Virus record (IMG/VR): IMGVR_UViG_3300030329_005540
Location: 1 to 64,000 of that record
Length of the DNA stretch: 64,000 nt
Reading direction: 5' to 3' (one strand)
Origin: a virus
Below, one piece after another: positions 56,598 to 64,000 of this stretch (its first letter is position 1; every line of letters starts with the position of its first letter). The notes under the pieces were generated by a model that did no database searches, was not told the origin of the DNA, and saw only the letters and a program-made list of their open reading frames with translations. Both the position numbers and the translations under genes were made by a program.

Positions 56598-57565
56598 ACA
56601 AAATTTAATCTTACTTTATTTAAAAAGTCCATCGTAGCTAAATATCTTTCGTCTCCCTCTAATCTCCAATTATCATCAGTCAACTCTCCTCCGTTTTTGT
56701 CCACCATGAATTTCCATATTTGATTAAGGTGGAAGTTTTGAAAGTGGAACTGGAGACCGTATCTAATCACGTCGGCGGCGTCAGCCTGATTACCTTCGTT
56801 CCAGAGGTGTTTGGCGTATTCGCCTATCTCTTCGGCGGGGCGATAGAAATTTAATTTGTTAACCCAAAATCTAGACTTCTCTTGCTGCCTTATTCTCACG
56901 AGCCTTCCAACGCAAGTGTATTGGTCATCGTTGTGGAAAGCTAGCATTTGATGGTTGTGCGAAATCTTAAACCCTGAGTCGCGACACTTCTGAGAAAAGT
57001 CGGTATCTTCATTATGCTTACCTTCTTCATAATCTTTTAGAGATTTCATGTTGGCGCGTTGTAAGCCTGTCGAATACTCAGTGTTCCACTTGCATTTTTC
57101 AAAAACGTACCTTTTCATTATCCAAGCTTGACCACCTGACATATAAAGATAAGGATCATCTTCATTCTCGTTTAGAACGCAGTGGCCGTATTTAGGACTT
57201 TGATAGCATACGTGATCCCAGAAGCGAGTACCGTCAGGGAGCCTGACTTGGGAAGTTAGGATATCGTAATCTGATTTATAATTTAATAAATTTTTATACC
57301 AATCTGGTGATAAAATCATATCATCGTCTAAAATTACGATCTTTTCCCCTTCAGAAGCTTCGCAAGCCCGATTTCTCATCTCTCCGAGAAGACCTTTTTT
57401 GGCTGCTGATTTAGCTGAGACTAATGTATATCCCTCTCCTTTGGGGTAATCTCCAGCGATTAGAATTTCATAACTGTCAATTTGTTGGCAATGTATTGAT
57501 TTTAAAACAAGGTCAGTTATTTCTTGTTTTTTGCCATTTGATACTATTACAAAAGAAAAATCCAT
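56594..57565 (-). CDS. GT2-like glycosyltransferase
   Basis: FSFVIV, RN.ACE, VILDDD, EDTDFS. Confidence 0.8.
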   Translation of the reverse strand: MDFSFVIVSNGKKQEITDLVLKSIHCQQIDSYEILIAGDYPKGEGYTLVSAKSAAKKGLLGEMRNRACEASEGEKIVILDDDMILSPDWYKNLLNYKSDYDILTSQVRLPDGTRFWDHVCYQSPKYGHCVLNENEDDPYLYMSGGQAWIMKRYVFEKCKWNTEYSTGLQRANMKSLKDYEEGKHNEDTDFSQKCRDSGFKISHNHQMLAFHNDDQYTCVGRLVRIRQQEKSRFWVNKLNFYRPAEEIGEYAKHLWNEGNQADAADVIRYGLQFHFQNFHLNQIWKFMVDKNGGELTDDNWRLEGDERYLATMDFLNKVRLNFV

Positions 57566-57577
57566 ATACAGTCATAA

Positions 57578-57606
57578 ATTATAGACCATATATGGATATG
57601 ATTCAA
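57578..57606 (-). promoter_or_regulatory. Sigma70-type promoter TTGAAT-17-TATAAT heading the glycan operon
   Basis: Perfect -10, 17-bp spacer containing the palindrome CCATATATGG, no AAAGC. Confidence 0.65.
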
Positions 57607-57607
57607 C

Positions 57608-57892
57608 TTAATTTTTAAGAGCGTCTAATTTTTCCTCCAAACGATCAAATCTATCGTTCATTCTCTCGGAGAACATCTTGAAATCTTCTCTGCTAACGTA
57701 TTTTTCGGGAAGCGAGACGACCAGATCGGTATACTTTTCTTTAATTTTGTCCACATCTTCATGGTGTTTAACCATTAAGCCGTGGTGTTCCTCTTTAATC
57801 TCATTGATGTGGCCAATGATCATCTTAAAGACCCAACCGCCCATCAGTGTAACAACACCGACTGCAATATTGACAAGTATTTGGTAGTCCAT
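57608..57892 (-). CDS. Small membrane-anchored coiled-coil protein (holin-like?)
   Basis: One N-terminal TM helix, then LPEKYVSREDF...RFDRLEEKLD. Preceded by GTGTAATA. Confidence 0.55.
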   Translation of the reverse strand: MDYQILVNIAVGVVTLMGGWVFKMIIGHINEIKEEHHGLMVKHHEDVDKIKEKYTDLVVSLPEKYVSREDFKMFSERMNDRFDRLEEKLDALKN

Positions 57893-57898
57893 GTCATA

Positions 57899-57954
57899 TA
57901 TTACACATAAACTATCTGTACTTTTTTAAAAAAATAAAAGTGTAATTAATTACA
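57899..57954. promoter_or_regulatory. Divergent pair of GTGTAAT motifs (57899-57906 minus; 57940-57947 plus)
   Basis: Each motif lies 6 nt before its start codon. 14-bp palindrome TGTAATTAATTACA at 57941-57954. Confidence 0.6.
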
Positions 57955-58196
57955 TGCATTTTTACGCATGTCCATATTGCTGGCCGAAGCAACGCGGTAG
58001 AGAAGGTAAGCTGATTGTGGTAAAATCAGCAGGGGTTCCTTGCGACCATAAGGGGGGCTTTTTTGATAAGGAAAAAGATTGCAGGGCTGAAAACTACAAG
58101 TGTAAAGAGGTAATGCACTGCACTTACTGCTCTACCGAGTTCAAAATAACTGAGGAGTTTCTATCTCAGCAAAAAAGAAAAATTAAAGACGGCTAA
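57954..58196 (+). CDS. Small Cys-rich (Zn-finger-like) protein
   Basis: CPYC...CTYC. The only + strand gene in the right 40 kb. Fills the gap exactly and has a GTGTAATT motif. Confidence 0.6.
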   Translation: MHFYACPYCWPKQRGREGKLIVVKSAGVPCDHKGGFFDKEKDCRAENYKCKEVMHCTYCSTEFKITEEFLSQQKRKIKDG

Positions 58197-59203
58197 AAAT
58201 CTTCTTCTAACACTCCAGAATTCTGATAGTCTTTCACCTTCCTTTCAAAGAAATTGGTCATCGCTCCCGTATCAACAACTTCGGAAAGCCAAGGAAATGG
58301 ATTCTGATCACTGTCAAAACGGAAGTCGATGCCAATTCCTTCAAGGCGTCTATTGCCGATGTATTGCATATAGTCTACAAACATTTCGGCGTTCAGTCCC
58401 AAGATACCCCTTGGAAGAACATCTGAAGCGTACTGAACTTCAAGTTCTACTGCTTTTTTGATGTGCTCTACTGTTTCAGCCTCGAATTTTTTTGTCCACA
58501 CCGATGGATACTGTTCTTTAATTGTGTTGATTAAATACGTGCCAAACTGAATATGGAGGCTTTCATCTCTCAATGTGTATCTAATTTGATCTGAAAGTCC
58601 GGGGAGTTTGTTTTGACGACCTAACGCAAGCAGCATCGCAAACCCACTAAAGAAAAACGTTCCTTCGCAGACAATATAGTATGTGATTAAGTTCCTTAAG
58701 AATTCTCTTTTACCCTCGATTGTTTTAGTTGAGAATCCTTGCCTATTTACATCAGAGGTAATTTCCATCAGGAAATCATCCTTCGCCTTGATAGAAGGAA
58801 TATTTATATACGCCTCATATACTTCTCCGACTTTCAAAGAGTAAGAATCGCAGCAAGTTACCACTGTCCAGTTATGAAGAGACTCCTCGTAAGCTTGGCG
58901 TAAAATGTATTGGCGACATTCTGGATCAGTCACCCATTTAGCAACAGTGAGTAAAAGGTTGTTACCTACTAAGGATTCGCTACCCGCGAAAAAACCGAGA
59001 CACCTTTTAACTAAAAGTTTTTCGTCTACGGACAGCGTGTCTCCTTTCCATTGGTCTATGTCATCGGTCATGTTTATCTCTGAAGGGCTCCAGTTATTAG
59101 CTACGCCCTTTAGAAACAAATCCCAAACGAATTCGTGTTTGTGTGGCAGGATTTGATTCACTCCTGCGATTTCTTCTCCTAAGATTAATCCTTCTTTATT
59201 CAT
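58193..59203 (-). CDS. nrdB: Ribonucleotide reductase beta subunit (R2), class Ic-like without radical Tyr
   Basis: LGFFAGSESLVGNN, RQAYEESLHNWTV, EGTFFFSGF, RDESLH, NFFERKVKDY. Likely ATG at 59203 behind GGAGG (ORF track 59215). Confidence 0.95.
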   Translation of the reverse strand: MNKEGLILGEEIAGVNQILPHKHEFVWDLFLKGVANNWSPSEINMTDDIDQWKGDTLSVDEKLLVKRCLGFFAGSESLVGNNLLLTVAKWVTDPECRQYILRQAYEESLHNWTVVTCCDSYSLKVGEVYEAYINIPSIKAKDDFLMEITSDVNRQGFSTKTIEGKREFLRNLITYYIVCEGTFFFSGFAMLLALGRQNKLPGLSDQIRYTLRDESLHIQFGTYLINTIKEQYPSVWTKKFEAETVEHIKKAVELEVQYASDVLPRGILGLNAEMFVDYMQYIGNRRLEGIGIDFRFDSDQNPFPWLSEVVDTGAMTNFFERKVKDYQNSGVLEEDF

Positions 59204-59218
59204 AGTTCCCTCCACCCA

Positions 59219-61693
59219 TTATTGGCAACTTTCACATGTTGGGTCTAAGATACTGCAAGCTGTTGAAGCAGAAAGAGTATCATTAGAATCACTTGAGTTA
59301 ATATCACCACTGTCACTAGCAGCTTCAGTTTGTGTAGATTTTTCGATTTCACTCGCGCTCTTATTTCTGAGGTAATACGTGCTCTTTAGCCCTCTGTCTC
59401 TAGCATGCATGTAAAGATCGTTTAAATATTTTAAGGAACTTTTATTATTAAAAAGATTTAAAGATTGCCCCATGTCGATCCATTTTTGTCGTGCAGCAGC
59501 GCAGTCGATAAGTAGGAACTGGTCATGGTCAAACGCGGTTTTATACCTATTTTTAATTTCTGGTGGCAAATCACCGTTTAACCGCAGGACATCTCCATTG
59601 ACGGCTTTGATCATGTCTACTAGTCGTTGATCCCAAATACCCATCTCCTTGCACTCTTTGACAAACCATTCGTTTGTGATCATGAGGTTTCCGGATTTAT
59701 TTTCATATACGAATAGAACTGAAAAATCTGGCTCCACGCTTGGACTACATCCTTGAATATAAGAAATTGTGGCGGTGGGAGCAATAGCCATAGTATTGCT
59801 ATTTCTCATGCCGTGAGACTTGATATGACTCCTCAACTCTTTCCAATCAACTTCTTTGCAATACTTTTTACCTCTGTGGATAATTGGTTTTTGCCCTAAG
59901 TATTCCATCAGATTTTTGTAAGTGTCTATTGGCAGTACGCCCTTATCCCATAGAGAATCCTCGAAGGAAGAGTAACTGCCTCTCTCTTTAGAAAGCTTGG
60001 AGGAATTAAGCAAACAGTGGTAAGAAATGAACTCGTATAATTCATCTGAAAATTTAACTGTTTCCTCATCGGAAAAGCCGAGCTTGTAGCTGTGAAACAC
60101 GTCAGCGAGCCCCATAACTCCTGCACCCACGGGCCGATGAGTTAAGTTGGCTTGGCGAGCTTCTTGAGTTGGATAAAAATTAAGGTCAATAACATTATCC
60201 AGCATTCTCATTTGCGTGGCGATTGTTTTAGCTAGAAGTTTAAAATCGAGCTTTCCATTTACTTTCAAATGTTCTTTGAGATTAACTGAGCTTAAATTAC
60301 ATACTGCGGTTTCTCCAACCTCAGTTTTTTGACCATGCTCGTATTTCGATGAGCGAGTGTGCAGGAAAATTTCCGTGCATAGATTAGAGCTATTGATTAT
60401 CCCTACGTGAGAATTAGAATACCTCAAGTTGGCATTATCTTTAAAAGTCATCCAAGGATGCCCTGTTTCAAATAACACTCGAAGCATCTTCTTCCATAGT
60501 TCTTTGGCTTTTATGATTTTGAAATTAGTGATTTCTCCCTTATCCGCCATCTTGCAATAAGCGGAATACCTCTTGTCGAACTCGTCACCCCAATGATTAT
60601 GGAGATCAACATCGCTTGGGGAAAATAAATACCAATCTTGATCATCTCTCACTTTCCGTAGGAAAAGATCGGGTAGCCAGTTTGCTGTGTTTATATCGTG
60701 ACAGCGACGACGTTCATCGCCAGTGTTTTTCTTTAAGTCTAAAAAATCTTCAATGTCAAGATGCCAAGGTTCGAGGTAAGCGCATCCTGCTCCGGGGCGC
60801 TTGCCGCCTTGGTTTACAGCTACTAATAAATCGTTAAAAATTTTCAACCAAGGCACGAGGCCGCTTGAAGTACCATTCGTGCCTTTGATATGTGAGCCAG
60901 CCGATCTAAAGTTCGTAACATCAAAACCTAAACCTCCTGCATATTTCGACTTGCGAGCCTCTTGCCAAGCTCCTTCAAAAATTCCATCAATGGAATCCTC
61001 AAATGTATTTAAGTAACATGAACTAAGTTGACTCCTAACGCTGCCACTGTTGAACAGCGTTGGCGTGGAGCAGCACATTCTGAAAGAGGAAAGAACTTCG
61101 TAAAATTCAATCGCTTTTTGTTCTCTGTTCTCTTCATTCAGGGCTAGCCCCATTGCTACGCGCATCCAAAAAGATTGAGGAGATTCTAATCTACGCCCAT
61201 CGCTATGATGAAAGTAACGATCATATAGAATTTGTAATCCAAGATATTTGAATTTAAAATCTCTTTCTAGTTTGAGCGCTTCGGATAATTTTTTGAGATC
61301 GTACTTTAAAAGGTCTTCGTTTAAAATGTTTTTATCTACAAGAAGTTTTACGTTCTTGATAAAAGACAATCTGTATTGATGATCGAATGCGTCTTTGTCT
61401 ACGCTGCTTCCAAAAACCTCTTTGTGAATATTTCCTAAAAGTAATTTCGCCGCGACGTGAGAGTAATTTGGTTCTTTGTCGATCTTGGTTCGCGCCGACA
61501 TGATCAGAGCTTTGTCGATTTCCACGGTGGTAATCTTTTCGTAAAGCTGAACGTTGGCATCCAGAACCACTTCACTAGCGGAGACATCTTCTAGGTCAGC
61601 ACATGCTCGCTCAACACATAAATTAATTTTGTTGATATCGAGTTTTTGAAGCCTACCATTCCTTTTCTTAACGTGTGCGACCTTAGTATTCAT
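59219..61693 (-). CDS. nrdA: Class I ribonucleotide reductase alpha subunit with ATP cone
   Basis: VKKRNG ATP cone, STPTLFN, LSSCY, QGGKRPGA, SNLCTEI, VCNL, APTATIS, KSTYYLR, C-terminal CESCQ. Confidence 0.96.
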   Translation of the reverse strand: MNTKVAHVKKRNGRLQKLDINKINLCVERACADLEDVSASEVVLDANVQLYEKITTVEIDKALIMSARTKIDKEPNYSHVAAKLLLGNIHKEVFGSSVDKDAFDHQYRLSFIKNVKLLVDKNILNEDLLKYDLKKLSEALKLERDFKFKYLGLQILYDRYFHHSDGRRLESPQSFWMRVAMGLALNEENREQKAIEFYEVLSSFRMCCSTPTLFNSGSVRSQLSSCYLNTFEDSIDGIFEGAWQEARKSKYAGGLGFDVTNFRSAGSHIKGTNGTSSGLVPWLKIFNDLLVAVNQGGKRPGAGCAYLEPWHLDIEDFLDLKKNTGDERRRCHDINTANWLPDLFLRKVRDDQDWYLFSPSDVDLHNHWGDEFDKRYSAYCKMADKGEITNFKIIKAKELWKKMLRVLFETGHPWMTFKDNANLRYSNSHVGIINSSNLCTEIFLHTRSSKYEHGQKTEVGETAVCNLSSVNLKEHLKVNGKLDFKLLAKTIATQMRMLDNVIDLNFYPTQEARQANLTHRPVGAGVMGLADVFHSYKLGFSDEETVKFSDELYEFISYHCLLNSSKLSKERGSYSSFEDSLWDKGVLPIDTYKNLMEYLGQKPIIHRGKKYCKEVDWKELRSHIKSHGMRNSNTMAIAPTATISYIQGCSPSVEPDFSVLFVYENKSGNLMITNEWFVKECKEMGIWDQRLVDMIKAVNGDVLRLNGDLPPEIKNRYKTAFDHDQFLLIDCAAARQKWIDMGQSLNLFNNKSSLKYLNDLYMHARDRGLKSTYYLRNKSASEIEKSTQTEAASDSGDINSSDSNDTLSASTACSILDPTCESCQ

Positions 61694-61762
61694 TGACTTT
61701 GTAAGACAATATTACATCAAACTTTGGCCTACGGAAAGAAAAAAATGTTATAAACGAAAAAA

Positions 61763-62110
61763 TTATCGTTTCGGATCGTCTTGATGCTTCATACCGTTTC
61801 TTTTTTCGCTATATTTTTTGAAAAAGTCTTTTTTAAGTGGATCGTGACCCATTTCTTTTTTTCTTTTTTCACTCGCAGCGGCAGACTCATCCCATAGCTG
61901 ACCCATCGTCATACCCTTGTCTCTAGTTTTTTCAACAAAGTCTCTTGGTGAAAAAGCGTCCATCTTACCGTCAACCACGGCGGCGGGGGAAGTAAAAATT
62001 CTATTCCATTTAACTCCGCAGTCATCGACGTAAACGTGTTCGTCGGTCATTCTCTGAAGAACTTCTTGAACCTCTTGGGTTTCTGGGTGTTGATATAAAT
62101 AAAAAGGCAT
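61763..62110 (-). CDS. FmdB-like small regulatory protein (Cys-less variant)
   Basis: MPFYLYQHPET...E...M...WNRIFTSP pattern. Confidence 0.5.
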   Translation of the reverse strand: MPFYLYQHPETQEVQEVLQRMTDEHVYVDDCGVKWNRIFTSPAAVVDGKMDAFSPRDFVEKTRDKGMTMGQLWDESAAASEKRKKEMGHDPLKKDFFKKYSEKRNGMKHQDDPKR

Positions 62111-63141
62111 TATAAAAAATAAGTTTTATATTCTATTGTCTCGAATGATAGTTCTCTAACTCTATCTATGGCGGAGGCTTGATCAAAAAAGCAATACTCT
62201 TCCATATACCAATACAAAAATTTTCTGTTAGATTCTCTGTTATACCATGATAAGTCTACGGCTCGATTAATTTCAACTAATTTTCTTAAATCGTAAGTTA
62301 CCCAATGGTACTCTGGGTGGCAAAATGAAATAATCGGCTTGTCATACATCATCGCCTCGAAGCCCGCGCCAGAATTGCCGACAACCACACATTTACAATG
62401 AGGTAGGAAAGCATGAATAGAAGTAAAATCATCATAGACAATAACATTATTTGATATAGATTGTATTCTTTGTTTTAGCGGAGTTTTAATATCTGGGTTG
62501 TTCTTCTTGTGCATTGGCCCATTTGTATATGGGTGTAGTTTAACAATTATTTTATCCGTGGTAACTTTGGATAACTCTTCGACCACCGCACACAGCTTGT
62601 CGAAATATCCACCAAAGTCTTGCCTTGTAACTACTGAATCTCCACTACATTGCCCAACAACTAAGTAAAAATTACGATGAGGGATATCTCCCTCGTGAAA
62701 ATGTTTAGCTCCCCACTTGGAAGAAAGGTTCTCCTTCCAGTGCTTTACTTTAGTGTTAAAAAAATGATCCACGTTTACAGCAGGAACGTTTTCGTAGTCT
62801 GGTCGGTCATAAGTTATCGAAGAAAACGAACCGTATCCTAACTCATCCAAAGTAGATTGGTTTAAGTCGGGTACTGTAGGCTTGAAGAACCATCGAGTTT
62901 CAACTTCGGGAGAGAAATCTTCTCTTAAAGATTCATAATAATCACAATGATTATAGATAGCTACATCGTATTTTATTTCCGTGGAGTGAAGGCGTGTCCC
63001 ATCGAAGTGGTTTTTGAAGTCTGAGTGCTTATAGGTTTCATAACCAACCTCTTCGAGAGCGTTGGCGATCCATTGCATCCTTACTAGCCAATCCGTATCG
63101 AAATCATCATATCGGTAAGGGCATATTAATGCACGTTTCAT
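62110..63141 (-). CDS. Capsule polysaccharide synthesis protein (KpsS/KpsC-like GT-B)
   Basis: VVGQCSGDS, IVKLHP, NSGAGFEAMMYDKP. Confidence 0.7.
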   Translation of the reverse strand: MKRALICPYRYDDFDTDWLVRMQWIANALEEVGYETYKHSDFKNHFDGTRLHSTEIKYDVAIYNHCDYYESLREDFSPEVETRWFFKPTVPDLNQSTLDELGYGSFSSITYDRPDYENVPAVNVDHFFNTKVKHWKENLSSKWGAKHFHEGDIPHRNFYLVVGQCSGDSVVTRQDFGGYFDKLCAVVEELSKVTTDKIIVKLHPYTNGPMHKKNNPDIKTPLKQRIQSISNNVIVYDDFTSIHAFLPHCKCVVVGNSGAGFEAMMYDKPIISFCHPEYHWVTYDLRKLVEINRAVDLSWYNRESNRKFLYWYMEEYCFFDQASAIDRVRELSFETIEYKTYFL

Positions 63142-64000
63142 TTAAGGCTTTCTAAGTGCTCTAGAATTTTATCGAGTGTCTTAGAGTAGCTGAATTCATT
63201 ACCTGTTTCGATTCCTTTTTGATTTACTGGATCATCCTTGACTCGTTGAATCGCTTTTTCGCAAGCCTCTAAGAAGTCTTCGTCTTTAAAGTCGAAAATA
63301 TTCCCTTGATTAAACGGCGCTCCTTGTTGAAAAAATCTTCCATCAACAGCAGGAATTTTGCCGTTTGGTTTAACTAACACGGAGTTGTCCGCGTTTGCCC
63401 AAGACTTATAACCGTTGCAATCTAAAATAACCGAGTGCTTACCCAAGCAAACGGATTGGAACTCTGGGAGACCCCATCCTTCGCCGCCAGACATTCCTAT
63501 TACAATGTTTCCAGCGTTTAGATAATCATTGTACAACTCGTTTTGAGGCATGTAGCTCAATAAATTAATATTAAAATACCGGCGACCATCTAGGGCTTGG
63601 TTGATTATAGAGGAGTTTTCCTCGGGGCTTAGGAAGTGGTTGTAAAGAGAGCAGTTTAAAAAGTATTCTTTCTTGTCTCCGTATTTTTCAGCCCAAAGTT
63701 TTAAAATTCTATGATGATGCTTTCTCTTCTCGAATTTACCAACTAAATTAAATGTAATTCTTCCGTCGTTAAAATATTTTTTATTAGTGGGGTAAAAGTT
63801 GTGAGTGTCAAACCCTACGGGAAGATATTCTGTTTCAGCACCGTTTTGATTAAAAACGTCACAAGCATATTGAGACGAGAATAATGTTTTGGCGTTATTC
63901 TTTGCGATGTTTACTTCGTAAGGAGTAGGAGAATCTAGCTCATAGTAAGTTAAGAGAACCTGCTTTTCGCTGTATGATTCAAGAGAACCGTTTAGATGCC
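63138..64000 (-). CDS. GT4-like glycosyltransferase (5'-truncated by window)
   Basis: Frame is open to the window edge: YELD...PVGFD...VGKFEKRKHH...SGGEGWGLPEFQS. The ORF-track start at 63560 is internal. Confidence 0.8.
   Translation of the reverse strand, partial: HLNGSLESYSEKQVLLTYYELDSPTPYEVNIAKNNAKTLFSSQYACDVFNQNGAETEYLPVGFDTHNFYPTNKKYFNDGRITFNLVGKFEKRKHHHRILKLWAEKYGDKKEYFLNCSLYNHFLSPEENSSIINQALDGRRYFNINLLSYMPQNELYNDYLNAGNIVIGMSGGEGWGLPEFQSVCLGKHSVILDCNGYKSWANADNSVLVKPNGKIPAVDGRFFQQGAPFNQGNIFDFKDEDFLEACEKAIQRVKDDPVNQKGIETGNEFSYSKTLDKILEHLESLK

Noticed and set aside
42258-57565. Bacterial chromosomal O-antigen/capsule locus
   Set aside because: No flippase, polymerase or export genes. 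The cluster is contiguous with phage-type replication and tail genes.

Overview
This window is part of a large (jumbo-type) tailed dsDNA phage genome: AT-rich, standard genetic code, very gene-dense. The + strand (1-24526) is a virion tail module. It holds the C-terminal end of a Met/Gln-rich tape-measure-like protein, baseplate/tail-tip proteins, and two very large fibre-like proteins, one carrying a metzincin (matrixin-like) protease domain. The - strand (24523-64000) carries three groups of genes. (i) A replication/recombination module: Rad52-like annealing protein, Whirly-like SSB, Pol III alpha split into separate PHP and catalytic genes, DnaQ-like exonuclease, PD-(D/E)XK nucleases, primase, DnaB, RecA and two HNH endonucleases. 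(ii) A phage tmRNA with an unusually long 30-aa tag, plus a ribonucleotide reductase whose R2 lacks the radical tyrosine (class Ic-like, with Val). (iii) About 20 glycan-biosynthesis genes: gmd, fcl, GT11+GT6 (blood-group-like pair), GT2/4/8/9, STELLO-like, two sulfotransferases, HddA, cytidylyltransferase, DegT and a KpsS-like protein. Two recurrent promoter grammars are visible: TTGACR-N6-AAAGC-N6-TANNNT before five replication-module genes, and GTGTAAWW before presumed late genes. The best candidate for an undescribed system is that certain tail proteins are strongly and directionally enriched in Ser/Thr-Gly dipeptides, which could be a glycosylation sequon served by the phage's own fucosylation/sulfation machinery. 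This is inference. All family calls come from motifs recognised by eye; no searches were run.
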